DNA of 58,143 bases from Pelomyxa schiedti (lineage: Eukaryota; Protista; Evosea): NCBI GenBank assembly GCA_020536535.1, contig JAHLWZ010000891.1, forward strand, positions 1 through 58,143, read 5' to 3'. Made by a program: the position numbers and the translations under genes. Under the pieces are notes generated by a model. It was given only the letters and a program-made list of their open reading frames with translations, was not told the origin of the DNA and ran no database searches. Each line of letters starts with the position of its first letter. Within the stretch, counting starts at the first letter, position 1. Below are positions 11,627 to 23,212 of the stretch, piece after piece.

Positions 11627-14249
11627 TTACTCGGACACAATGGCACGGCACTTTTTAGCCATTTCCACGCGGTCTATCCACTCATTTAGTTGTGTTCGTA
11701 GTAAGGCGTCAGACGGGGAATCCGTGAGTGAGGCCAGTAGAACCTTGCCTCGTCCCAAGACGGAATCATCCTCCACCCTCCAAGGGCTCAATTCAGAGAA
11801 GAATGCATTGGCGTACTCGCGGGTGTGGTCCGCATATATAGTGCGGACACACGTGAAGAATTCGGCAATGAAAGGAGCAGTGACGTCGCGCTGGTGGAAC
11901 CAGTTGAACCCGTTCATGCTCGCGGAGGCTTCGTGAAGGGATTTCCAGGCACTTGGCTTGAGATACAGGTCCCACATCTTGCGTTTCACGTCGATAGACC
12001 AAACTGATGACCGGCAGCTCATCAGCGCACGCACCCCGGCTGCGCTGCTGTCTCGTTGTCCGTCGGATTCGGCGGCTTCAATGGCACCGGGTATGTTCCA
12101 GGAGCAAGAGGCTTGAAGTATGTTCCAGCGCAAATCTTGGGTGATCCACTTGGGGTTGGTACTCATGAGACCGAAAAGCTCTTCCACAGCACTTTTGTTT
12201 TTGTAGCTCCAGGCCACAGCATACCGTGACCAGGTGGTCTCTAGTCCTGTGAAATCACCTGTTGCGGAATTGACTATGGACATGGCGGCACTATACAACT
12301 TCTGTGCGTATGTGGGGATCATTGCATCGGGAACAAATGTAGACAGTATTCCTCCCACGTTGAGTAGTACAGCACTGAGGAGTCTCATGTTACGCTCCTT
12401 AGTAAGGTGCTCCACAACAGCAGACAAGAAGTGGGTTGCAGGAAGTTTGGCATCACGTACCATTCCGTATAGATCTAGCCACATCTGTTGCCTTGTGAGG
12501 GGATTGGTAAGCTTGTTCATGTGCGCAAGAACAAATGCCAAGCTCTCTTGATTAAGGCAGAACTTGCCATAGGCATGATCACCATGGTTAACATGCACAA
12601 AAGCTGGAATTGGCTCACCTTGAAGCCAAGCACCTTCGAGTACAATTTCGGGGAGAGCAGGAACAACTGTAGGGAGAATCCTCCTGATGGAAAGTGTTCC
12701 ATCTGCAGCTTGATCGTAAATAGCAACCTGCAAGGCATGGGAACGTAGTGTAGGGTGGGAAGGAGGGGCTGATTGCTTGATAATGAGCTTCTGAGAACCG
12801 GGGGTACCGCGAATCTCTGGCTCAATTGTGTTAAGGCCTGCAGTTTTTAGCCATTTCTCTGCCCAATCTGGGGGAGATTCCAATGAGGCCAGAAAATCTT
12901 CAGCACTGGTATTTGACCACTGATGTTTTCTGAAGTATTTTCGCATTCCAGTCCTAAACGCCTCCATACCAATCACAAAAACGAGTTGCTTAAGAACAGA
13001 TGCACCCTTTCCGTAAGTGATGCCATCAAAATTGAGGAAGGCGGAGGCTGTATCTACAACAGTACCTTGGATGGGATGGGTTGTAGAGAGTTGATCCTGT
13101 TTAAATCCCCAAAGCTTCTTTCCTCCATTGAAATCCAGCCAAGAAAATTCTGCAAACTCAGTTGCTTCCTTGCTGACAAAAGAGATATACGTTGCAAATG
13201 ATTCGTTTAACCATAAGCCATCCCACCAAATTGGGGAAACGAGATTTCCAAACCACATGTGGGCCATCTCATGCAAAACGGTTTCACATCTCCTTGCACG
13301 TTGGGCCTCAGTTGGTGGGTTGGGATACAGGTATACCTCAGTAAAAGTGACAGCCCCAACATTCTCCATTGCGCCTTGGTTAAACTCAGGGCAGAAGATT
13401 TGATCGTACTTGCTGAAAGGGAATGGCATGTCAAAGAAATCCTCGTACCATGCCAGGCCCTGCTTGGTAATTCGCAGAAGTTCCTCAACGTCACGCAATA
13501 AATACTGTTGCATTGACTGCCGGCATAGAATTCTTAGAGGAATTGTGGTCCCGGTCATCTTGCTTACATACTCACTGCTTACACTGTAATACGGTCCCAC
13601 AATAAGAGCATACAAATAAGTGCTGATAGCAGGAGTGTCAGCAAACGTAATAGTGGCAGATGTTCCATCAGCAGAAGGTTCACGCGAAACTTCTTTGGAA
13701 TTTGCCACCACCATCCAACCAGATGGCGCAGTGACCCGGAAGCTCAGAGCGGCCCTTATGCTAGGCTGATCAAAGCAAGGCAGCAGCCTGTGAGCATCAA
13801 ACGGCTCGAAATTGGTGTAGTAGTATCGCAGGGCGCTCTGAGGGTCGGTGAACTCGTGCAAGCCCTCACCGTCGTGATCATACTCGTTTTCGTACCGCAC
13901 AAGGACTGTGTTTTGTCCAGTCACCAGAGCCTCGGTAGGAAGGTACAGTCGCGCAGTTTCGGACGAGTAGCGCGCTTCAACAGTGTTCAAGGTAGCCGAC
14001 TTCAAGTTTGCAGTGACAAAGTCCAAGAACAACTCTGTGACATAATCAAAAAAAAAAAAAAAAAAAAGAACAAAAAAAGGGGTACACACCACGAGGTGCG
14101 GTTGCGGGAGGAGTAAAATTGAATGTGATGGTGCAATCTCCTGCGTAGGTCTTGTCCGACATAGACACATGCAACCTATACGTAACTCCCGAGACACATC
14201 CGCGCCGGATCTCCGCCTCCGCACATGTCAAGTTACCCAACTTACCCAT
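11627..14249 (-). CDS. pepN: Aminopeptidase N (M1 family, actinobacterial PepN-like) with ERAP1-like C-terminal domain; one intron near 14036-14093
   Basis: GAMEN, HEMAH-x18-E (HEMAHMWFGNLVSPIWWDGLWLNE), NFDGITYGKGASVLKQL, N-terminal GNLTCAEAEIR. Confidence 0.93.
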
Positions 14250-14336
14250 CCGAAAAAGTTTGTTGTTGTGGAATTCCGCGATGCACCGCAACCTCTCCAT
14301 TTCATTCCAACGCTTGAAGGGTTTTTCCAATTGAAA

Positions 14337-15372
14337 ATGGTGTCGGGCATTAGGGCAGCGGTGTGGTTCGTTGTCTCATCGTTAGTAGTTGTTTGTGGTG
14401 CGTATAGTTAGTGCCCCCCCCCCCCCCCCCCCCCGCCCACAACCCACAATTCTCTTATGTCCGTTAGGCGTGCTTGCAGCGTGCTACGTCGAGGTGTGGC
14501 TCTACTGCGTGGCGCACGAGTACGGCCACGCGATCACGGACCTGGCGCTCTTCGGCACCCCTCCCCAGGTGCACGTGGGCTGCCTGCCCGACGACTGCGA
14601 GTGCCTGCTCACCCCCTCGCTGCTCCCCGGCCCCCTCGCCCACTGGGCCTTCCGCGACTCCTTCTTCGTGCACAAGGCCCTCCCCGTGCTCGCATTCTCC
14701 GGCGGCCTCGGCGACTGCGCCCCCGGCGGCGGCGGCAGCAGCAAGGGGAGCCAGATCGGGGGAGAGAGCGAGGGGGACGGGGACGAGGCGGACCTGGGCG
14801 CCCTGGATGCGTGTGTTTATTGGGCGGGGCCGCTGCTGGGTGCTATTCAGTGGCTGTGCTTCACGGTTGGGTTCTGGTTCTTTGTGGCCTGGATCGCGGG
14901 GGGCTCCGCCAGGTCCCCTGGGGACCCGCACGGGCGACCGCGGCCCATCGCGGCAGCTGTCGGGGCTGTTGCATCGCCGTTCGGCGTGATACGGGGAATG
15001 GCTGCGGACCCACTATCTCGGTTTCCTTGCCCGGCTGCTATATTCTGCGGGGCATTGTCTTGTGCTTCCGCCGTGAGCCTGGGACTGTTTATCAACCGGG
15101 CAATGTACGGCTTATTCCCCTGCAGCCTGAACGGCACTCTGGAATTCGGGGGCTGCCTGTTACAGCGCGGCACGATGGAATCTTGGTGCATGGGTGACGG
15201 GGAAGAGGTGTGGAGAAGGTTCTTTGGTGCCGGCAGAGTCTTGATGTGGTGGGTGTGGATGGCAACATTCATTGTGGATTGGATGCTCCGTATTGTGCTC
15301 ACTTGGAAGGTAATTCAGGTTATTATACTCACCACAAGAACTAGCAAGGGCTGTTTGGACAAAGTGGAGTAA
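14337..15372 (+). CDS. Multi-pass membrane protein, putative M50/M50B-like zinc metallopeptidase
   Basis: HEYGH inside a hydrophobic helix, downstream VYWAGPLLG, several TM segments. First intron ~14398-14468 contains a poly-C tract. Confidence 0.55.
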
Positions 15373-16274
15373 AAAAAAAAAAATCAAAGGGTTATTGTAA
15401 AGGCCTATGGTTGATTTAGGGGAAACCAAGGTGCCAAGGACTTGCTTGAAATAACAACCCTTGGACTATGGCTGAGTTTTGAGAATTTATAATGGACCTG
15501 AGGAGCAATAAAATGGCTTCTCTTCACAGTGTGCCACCAGAAAAAACAAAAATTACGAAACAGAACAGTACAATTGTCGCCAGTGTTGCCGATTGCAGTA
15601 CAATTACCTGGGAATGCACTGACACGTGATGCTGTGCTATGGCTCCACTGAATACTCAGAATTTATGGGCACTTCTCAGCAACACACACACCACAACTAA
15701 AATCTGTCTGTGTTCTTATCTTGGACCAGTACAAACACATCCTGCACCCGGAAGCAGACAGAACACATACAACACCCATAATTCTAGTTACCAAAAAAAC
15801 CCTATGTGTTTAACAAAAAACCCGCTGAAAATTACTGGGATTCCTCCTCCAAATAAGGTTTCAACGTACATTGCATTGTACTGATGTAAGACCACTTCTA
15901 GGGCTTTCTACCAATGTCTCAATGACTCTTGGCCAATATTTGGCCCAGCCCAATTTTGAGTCAAAACAGGATTTTTGCGTAAATGTCTCTTTGAGTCCTG
16001 GTGTGTGCGTTTACCAGTAGAAAAGACTTGTCAATAAAATTTTGGTACACACATGAGGGGCTTTTTGGGCAAAAAAAAGAACATCTGGACGGCTCTGCGC
16101 AGAGTGGGCGTGAAAGGGTGAAGGAAGGACATTCATTAGCCAAACCTCAGGGGTTTTTCGACAAAAGCGGGGAGAGTGGCAATAACACATGATGGGGAAG
16201 GGGCCTACAGGAAAATAAGGGCAGAGCGACCTGGGGAAAGACAAATCCAAGCCCTTGTGGTTTAGGCCTGTTTC

Positions 16275-17331
16275 TTATGCTTTCTTCACATAGATGCTCT
16301 CCACTTCATTGTAACCTTCATATCCATCAGAATCAAGACAAATTATCTCTGTGCTATAATCACTAGGATCACCAGGTGAAATTTCCTTTAGCACCAAGGT
16401 TAATCCAAAGTCTCACTTTGTTCTAACCTGTTCGGAGGCTACTGCCATGTGCACAATGCGAGCTCACTTTTGCGGTGGTGCGGCACTCCCTGGGGCTGTT
16501 TCTGGATTGGTCGTTGAGGCTGACATAGTTGTTGCCACAGTCCCCATGCTCTGGATTCTATTTCGGTGCACATCAGTAGCAGTGGCTTCGTTGTCTATCT
16601 CCCTCAGTGCATCTAAATGCGAAGTGGTGCTGGTTGTTGTTGTAGACACTGGTGGGGATGCTGTTTATGCTGTTGATGCGAGCCCTGATGCAGGTGTTGT
16701 GTCAAACACAGGTGTGGGTACCATTCCAAACAGAGTGTTGTGCTCCAGAATTGCGACCGTGGGGCTCTTCACTTGCCTCTGGGATGTGCTGTCGCCTTTG
16801 GGCTGTTGTTTGGATTTGGGCTTTGGTTTGAATGTGGAGGTGAGTGGTTGCACCTGTGTTTCAGGATAAGGTATAATACCATGTGGAGGGTTGTACCTCT
16901 TGCCTTACAAATTTTGAAAACAGATGACAAGTGACCTTGGGATCCTTCTCAAATATGGCGAATAGCCGTTTCTCTGGTCCCTCCACTTGGCCTTCAATGT
17001 AGCATTGTAACGCCGTGGCCGTTGGCTTCCATTTCTGTGGTTCGATCTTCAGCAGGTCGTCTGCCCTCCTTCGCAGAAGGTTGAAGAGCGTTGCATCGTC
17101 GACAAAGGGTCTCCAAAACTCGGATTCCGTAAATACACCGCAGAGTCCATTCACCAAGAACCGCACGAGGGTGTTGTTGTGCCTCTTGAAATAGTGATGG
17201 TCCTTGCTGGTCTTGCTTTCCCTCTCTACCCATAGATCCGCTGGTTCAGACTCTGAATGTGTCACTTCCGCTGGTACGCCCTCACCATCTCCATCTCCAT
17301 CTCCATCGCCATCGTCACGCTCCTCCAACAT
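16275..17331 (-). CDS. Hypothetical protein; multi-exon
   Basis: Consecutive minus-strand ORFs (16861-17346, 16665-16853, 16464-16649) joinable by short introns, ending ...ESIYVKKA*. No family recognised. Confidence 0.45.
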
Positions 17332-17815
17332 GTCAATCGACCCCACTAGTTACAATTGTAATGTGCGCGATTTTTGACGCTGTTTGCACGAGATCTCGTG
17401 AATGCGTTTTGTGCAGGCAACACACAGTATTTGATGTGACCAGCTGGCATCGCTTTCCAGAAAAAACTTCAGATCAAAGGACTCTTGGTTCGATTCACAA
17501 CCAGCTATGCCAAGGGTTGGAAGAGAACTCTTCGAAGTGGGACGTGGAACATTCAAAAAAAAACCAGTCACAGCGGTGAACATCTCCCTCGAAGTCAGAA
17601 GAGGCCAACAGTGTAACCCCAGAGGAAGGAAAGTACATGGCAAACGGGAATAGTATGTGCTTCCACCACCTTGCTGGGGAAAAAAACAGGTGGTGCAAGG
17701 CAGTGTGCTGTTGGACAAAGTGGAGTAAAAAAATCAAAGTTGGGAGTGTGTAGAGTAAAGAAGACAAACGTTTTCTTGTATACAAATCTTTTCTTTTACT
17801 GGACATTTTCAAAGG

Positions 17816-19285
17816 CTATGAGGCAGGATGGAGGCAAACTGGGCAGGTCTTCTTTGATTTGAGCCACCTATCTATGCACTCAGCATGGTAGAAGTGTAAA
17901 CACGGCAGTGTTCGCAATTGATCACCCTCTTCATACTCACAGAGGCACACAGCGCACTTGTTAGAACCGGAGGAAGGTTGCTCAGAAGACGCAGAAGCTG
18001 TAGTTGCGGAGGCTGTTTCCTTCCGTTGCGGAGTGGTTGCGGAATTTTGGCTTGTAGTTGTGGGAGTTGTGAATGTGTGAGTAGGCAGAGCGGAAATGGC
18101 AGCCGATGAAAGCCCAACCTTCACGTTGTCTTCATCCAATGCCAAGAGTTCTTCATACGTGGCGTCTTCTCCAGGGAACCTGTGACCGCCTCCGTGATGG
18201 TGATTGTGATACTGATACCCGTGCCCACCACGGCCGCGACCCCCAAGCACATAGTTCCAGGTTTCACCAAGTCCCCCTTGCAGTGTCATCAGAGCCCGTG
18301 CGTGCATCATGTCGTGGATTTGCTGGTGGTGCATTTGCATAGAATGAGAGCCTCCATGCATCTGCGGCAGCTGCGGGAAATTGGCCATCTGAAGCATCGC
18401 CGAGAAGCCATCGCCGTGGTTGGACATGTATACCTGTGGCTGCAGCAACTCGAGGTCATCACTATCCACCCCACCATCATCGGTGTCAGTGTCAGTGTCA
18501 CTTCCAGTTTCGTCGTCGTCGTCGTCATCAGTGTGGACTCTCCTTGCATCCCTGTCATCTTCGTACTGCAGGGCCATGGCCAGTTGGGTGTCCATGTCAA
18601 CAGCGGTGGTGGCTGTGGTAGGGGGCTGGCCACTCGTTGTAAGACTCCCTCCCAGTCCCAGAGCCAGAGCCGGCATTGTGGGAATCGACTCGGTGTCGCC
18701 GCCCTGCTGCATTTCCTCCTCCTGGAGTCTCCTCGCGATGGCGTCGTCGCCGGCCGGCGCAGTGGCTATGGCCGCTGTCGCGGGGTCTCCCCCTGTGGTG
18801 TGGCTTCCCCCCCTGTGGCTCGCCGTGGCGCCTGTGCCCCTGTGGCCCCTCCCGCGCGCCCCCCTGCCCCTCCCACCAGGCCCCGCGGTGCCAGCGAGCC
18901 CCGCGGCCGGCTGCGCAGCAACCCCGCCTCGCCCGCCGGCGCCTCCGACGGCCCCGGCCCCCCCTGCGCCCCTGTGCGAGCTGTGGTGATGGGAGTGCGT
19001 GTGGTGGCTGTGACTGTTGCTGTTGCTGTTGCTATTGCTATTGCTATAGCTGCCTGTGTTGTGCGGGTGATGGTGGTGGGTAGTCGGGGGCGGGGGAGGG
19101 GTGGCGGCGTGGGCGCCGCCGTCGGCGAGGACCAGGTGCTGGCGGCGCAGGATCTCGCCTGGGTCGATGCCGTACGCGTCCCTGACGACGGACAGCCCCA
19201 GGTGTTCGTCGTCGAGTTGGTCTTCCTCCTCTTGCATCCGCCTCGCCATCTCCTCGTCGGTCTCGACGTAGCTCCGGCCACTCAT
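17816..19285 (-). CDS. RING-H2 E3 ubiquitin ligase with ubiquitin-interacting motifs
   Basis: C-terminal CAVCLCEY...[25 protein letters not shown] and [16 protein letters not shown]-like [24 protein letters not shown] and [12 protein letters not shown]. Confidence 0.92.
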   Translation of the reverse strand: MSGRSYVETDEEMARRMQEEEDQLDDEHLGLSVVRDAYGIDPGEILRRQHLVLADGGAHAATPPPPPTTHHHHPHNTGSYSNSNSNSNSNSHSHHTHSHHHSSHRGAGGAGAVGGAGGRGGVAAQPAAGLAGTAGPGGRGRGARGRGHRGTGATASHRGGSHTTGGDPATAAIATAPAGDDAIARRLQEEEMQQGGDTESIPTMPALALGLGGSLTTSGQPPTTATTAVDMDTQLAMALQYEDDRDARRVHTDDDDDDETGSDTDTDTDDGGVDSDDLELLQPQVYMSNHGDGFSAMLQMANFPQLPQMHGGSHSMQMHHQQIHDMMHARALMTLQGGLGETWNYVLGGRGRGGHGYQYHNHHHGGGHRFPGEDATYEELLALDEDNVKVGLSSAAISALPTHTFTTPTTTSQNSATTPQRKETASATTASASSEQPSSGSNKCAVCLCEYEEGDQLRTLPCLHFYHAECIDRWLKSKKTCPVCLHPAS

Positions 19286-19387
19286 CTTCCTCCCGGTTTC
19301 GATTGAAAACTGATTCAGGGAAGCTGGAAACACGAGAAGAAACACGGGTGTAGTAGAACAGAGTAAGGTTGACTTTTTGTTGTGTAC

Positions 19388-21030
19388 TTAGGCGTCAGTG
19401 CATGAGCCACCCATTTCTGCAGGATTGTCGACCATGTTGGCGAAAGTGAGTCCCGGCACGGCTTTGATTGTGGCTCGGACGTGAAGGGGAGATATTATGG
19501 CGAGCTTCATTAGGTGCTTCTTGACAAACGCGGCTGTGATTTTGGGAAACACGTGCAGGAGCATCTTCCACGCTCTGAGAGGAAAATCGCGTTGTGGGTC
19601 TCGTGTAATCTGCCGGGCTGCTTGCGGAATCTGTGCATAGATCAGTCCATTGTCACAACGCAATTTACACACCTCATCCAAGGTGACATTGAACTTGTGT
19701 ATCAACCACTCGGCACATTTTACCTTTCCCCACAGTAGTAGCATCGCCAATAGGTGGTTTCTATTCGCCTTGATATGTTGGCTGTCCAGCTGAAAGTTGC
19801 GGATGAGCCACTTGACAACCTTCCCAGAACACACACCAGAGCTGGTTGACAGACCTTTGGCAACAACTTCTGACGAGAAGTTGGCATGTGACAAAATACA
19901 CATTGCCCGTGAGATGTCTGCCTCTTGAACGGCTCTCTGTACGACAACTTTCAATAAGGAAGAGTGGGGACACTGAACGTGTCCAGAAGGTCTGGAATAT
20001 CGCCGATGTCAGCATGGCGCAGGTCGGGTTCGAATTCAGGGTCAGGTTCAGGGAGGCTGAGGTTACGGAGGTCTTCGTGAAGACCAGGAGGGACCAAAAT
20101 GGATGGGAGCCACTTTTCCACGGCTGGATCGGGAGCGGTACCTCCATTAGTACAAGGCTCTAACTGGAAGGTTTTGTCCAACCAATCGGCAATGCCCGTG
20201 TTGTTGCAATAAAGGGCGTGATCCCTACAGTGATGCATTTGTTGTGGTGTGAGTGGTGGTACCACACGGCAGCAGGGTCTTCACAAGTGACACAGGGTCC
20301 TCAGGATTGCTACATGCCTGAATGAAGATGTCATGAGAGCAGGGACGCCTAATAGCAGAAGCCTCCCCAACCGTGGTGGTATCAGAGTTCTGGAAGAGTG
20401 TGGGTAGCCACTGAAGGAGTTCAATGTTTTCCGAACGCAGTACTTTGAACAGATCAATGTCATTGGGTGTGATATTGAAACTGCTAATCACCCATTTGAA
20501 AGCCTTTGCATTGTCAAGACAGGCCTGAAGCACGGGGGGATCTGTCAAGGAAAACACGTCTTTTATCCACTGGCACCCTTCTTCAGTTCCGAGACCGCCT
20601 GAAGATCCAATGAATACTTCAAGAATATCGGTGCCATCAGCAGGTTTTTTTTTCTTTCCGACCAACCACATAGTGCACATCTTCAAACTTCCAAACTTGG
20701 AGTATCAAAGAAATCACTCAGGCTCCATGTTCCTGTTTTTTGCTGCTAATCTGCACGCAGCCACGACATTGGTCGAGGACCCCAGCCACCTCACAACCTC
20801 AACATTGCCTTGTCTCACAGCACTATAAAATGGTTCAACGAGCTCCCATCCCTCACTTCCCACGCGAAAAGTTGACATCACCCACTTCACAGCCTCGAGG
20901 CATCCACCCTCACATGCTTCCCACAATAGGCTCCCATTAGCACCACTTGAATCCTGTATGTCATCCATCATGTCAGGGTCGTTCACAGGCCACGACAAGG
21001 GAACACCCCCCCCAACAGGTGGTCATATTG
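19388..21030 (-). pseudogene. Disrupted ankyrin-like repeat protein
   Basis: Repeats ACEGGCLEAVKWVM, AVRQGNVEVVRWL, GKVVKWLI, GKVKCAEWLI spread over fragments, with in-frame stops near 20700 and frame changes near 20265 and 19954 lacking obvious introns. Confidence 0.55.
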
Positions 21031-21098
21031 GAGCCACCAGAGCATCCACTCTGAACAAGTTCTTTCGCGATCCCAATGTGACCACCTAGGTGATTCAA

Positions 21099-22839
21099 TT
21101 AGAATATTGCCAATGTATCCCAGTGCTCACTAAAATCTTTGAGGAAAACACGTTTGTATTTATCTGGGTGAGTTAGATACCGATCTTTTGACTGGGAACA
21201 AACCTCTGAAATTGCCATTATCTCTTCCGGAAGTTTGTGCCATAACAAACTTTTTCCATCTGCTTTCGTGCGTCCCGTCGTCATTCCATTTTTCAAACGG
21301 TTTGAAATGCCGGATCCAGGACACCCTTGCCGCGGGGCATGGTACAATGGCTTCAAACCGTATCTTGCACAACTCATCAATAACTTCGCATATGTGCGGG
21401 CGCTGGCAATTATCAATTGGTAAATTTGAGAATTCTTGTTACTATTTGAGTTGCGGAAAAGAGTTTCAAACCTGTGAAGGTTCTTGGCTCCAACATCGTT
21501 CTATTAAAGATCTCTGCAAAAAACATCAATGATGGTATGATTTGTGAGGAAGCAAGCCAGGCGGTCCGGCAGTTCTGTTATTGTTCCTGCCACGAACCTT
21601 TTAAAGTCTGGCCGTTTGCCAGCAACTATTTGGGCGTAGATAAGGGCAGAAGTTTCGTACTGACTATATGGAATACTCTGTGACACCAATTCATACATCA
21701 CGAGGCCAAACGAAAATCTAATACATGTGGGGTCAGAGTTTCATAAATGTTTTGGTTGACAACATATCGCCCGCAGTTGATGCCCCCTGGTAGAGACCAG
21801 GAGAGGGGTACCACAAGTTCGGGAGCTGTATAGTTGGCTGGAAAAGAAGTCAGGGTATAGTATTGATGATCGTTGAGTTGAGACACACCTGTCCCATGTG
21901 GGTCTTTACTGGGTTCGGCTTGAGGAGTGTTTTCTAGAAGATGTTTGCTGAACACCATATTGGACAACTGTTGGATGTTTATTGGGGTAAAAAGTAACAT
22001 ATATCCACCTTGGGAGTGAGGTATACAGTATAACTTCCGTGTACAGCAACCACGATATTGGCGGGGTTTATGTCACCATGGACTATTCTCAAGCTATGTA
22101 GCCCCTCGATTCCAAGGGCCTTACGAGAAGGGGTTACTGAGTGAATACTGGGTTGTTGGTCACACCACTCCAATGAGCAACCAAATACAGTTCGCAAGGT
22201 TCAACTCTGGCAACCTTTTGGAGTACTGTTTGTTGACAGTACTTAGGTCGTGGATGAGATTGTGTAAGTCGGTCAAGAAAGGCTCTGTTACAATCCAGAC
22301 AGTGTGGTCAACTGGTCCAGGACAGGCACCTAATGACAGTAAACGGGTGCCTTTATAAAAACTATAAAAAAAAAAGCGGGTCTATGTGCCATACCAAATA
22401 AGCTAATGATATGGTTGTTGCGTGCTTGTCTATGGGAAAAAGTGACATCTAAGTTGTGAAAGAACCGCACTTACGACAAGATCTCCAATTCTTCGAGTAC
22501 GGCCTTTTTGGCGTCTTCTTCACCACTGCGCCGTCTAATTGTTTTAACAGCCACATGTGTAGAAGACACTACCGCCTTGTACACAGTCTCAAACTCACCT
22601 TTGTACAGTACAAACTTACACTGTGATGATGGACAAAAATGCTCTCACCTGGATGTCACCACAAACTCGTAATTACCGATCTTCAGCGAAAGGTGGGTGT
22701 TCACGGTGGTGGCACGCAGCGTACGCGGCGAGGCGGTTGGCGTGCTGCAGTTGTTGGTCGCAGTGTAAGTTACTGTTACTCCCGAATTAATTATGCGTGT
22801 GTGTTGCTGGTGTGGGGCTCTTTGTGGACGCGGGACCAT
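21099..22839 (-). CDS. TKL-like probable pseudokinase, paralog of the neighbouring kinase; multi-exon, start uncertain
   Basis: YKGEFETVYK...VAVK, EELEIL, IVHGDINPANIVV, LSNMVFSK at the DFG position, NYTAPEL. Confidence 0.6.
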
Positions 22840-23212
22840 GAGAAACGTGAAAGGCTTTGAGGCAAATAGGGCTCCTGAACTGACAATAATGGAAGAATGC
22901 TGTCCGACTGTCAGAGCATACTCTGGAAAGCATCCCTTTTGCGTTGCGTTTTTGGATTTCAGAAAGATCTACTCAAGTACTTGAAGTGTAAGAGAACTAT
23001 GTTCCCCGATGCACGGCCAAACAAAGCAATGAAGCTATTGGGAGAGTGCGCTTAAGCACCCGTTGACTTTGTTGTTGTAGCCTGGAATGTGGGTGCACTG
23101 TTGGGATGTTTAGTGGATGGCAAGCAATTCTACTCCTTGTTCTGGAGCCACTTGGGTTCACCCAGTCACAGGTTTGAATATATAGATATTTTATTGCCCT
23201 CCTTTTACACTG

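Noticed and set aside
15430-16270. Additional gene between the M50-like gene and the hypothetical gene
   Set aside because: Only short ORFs with no motifs or convincing exon chain.
18182-19306. 374-aa plus-strand ORF (also 14457-15197, 14464-14931, 18420-18989)
   Set aside because: Shadow or antisense ORFs of GC-rich real genes, with no motifs.
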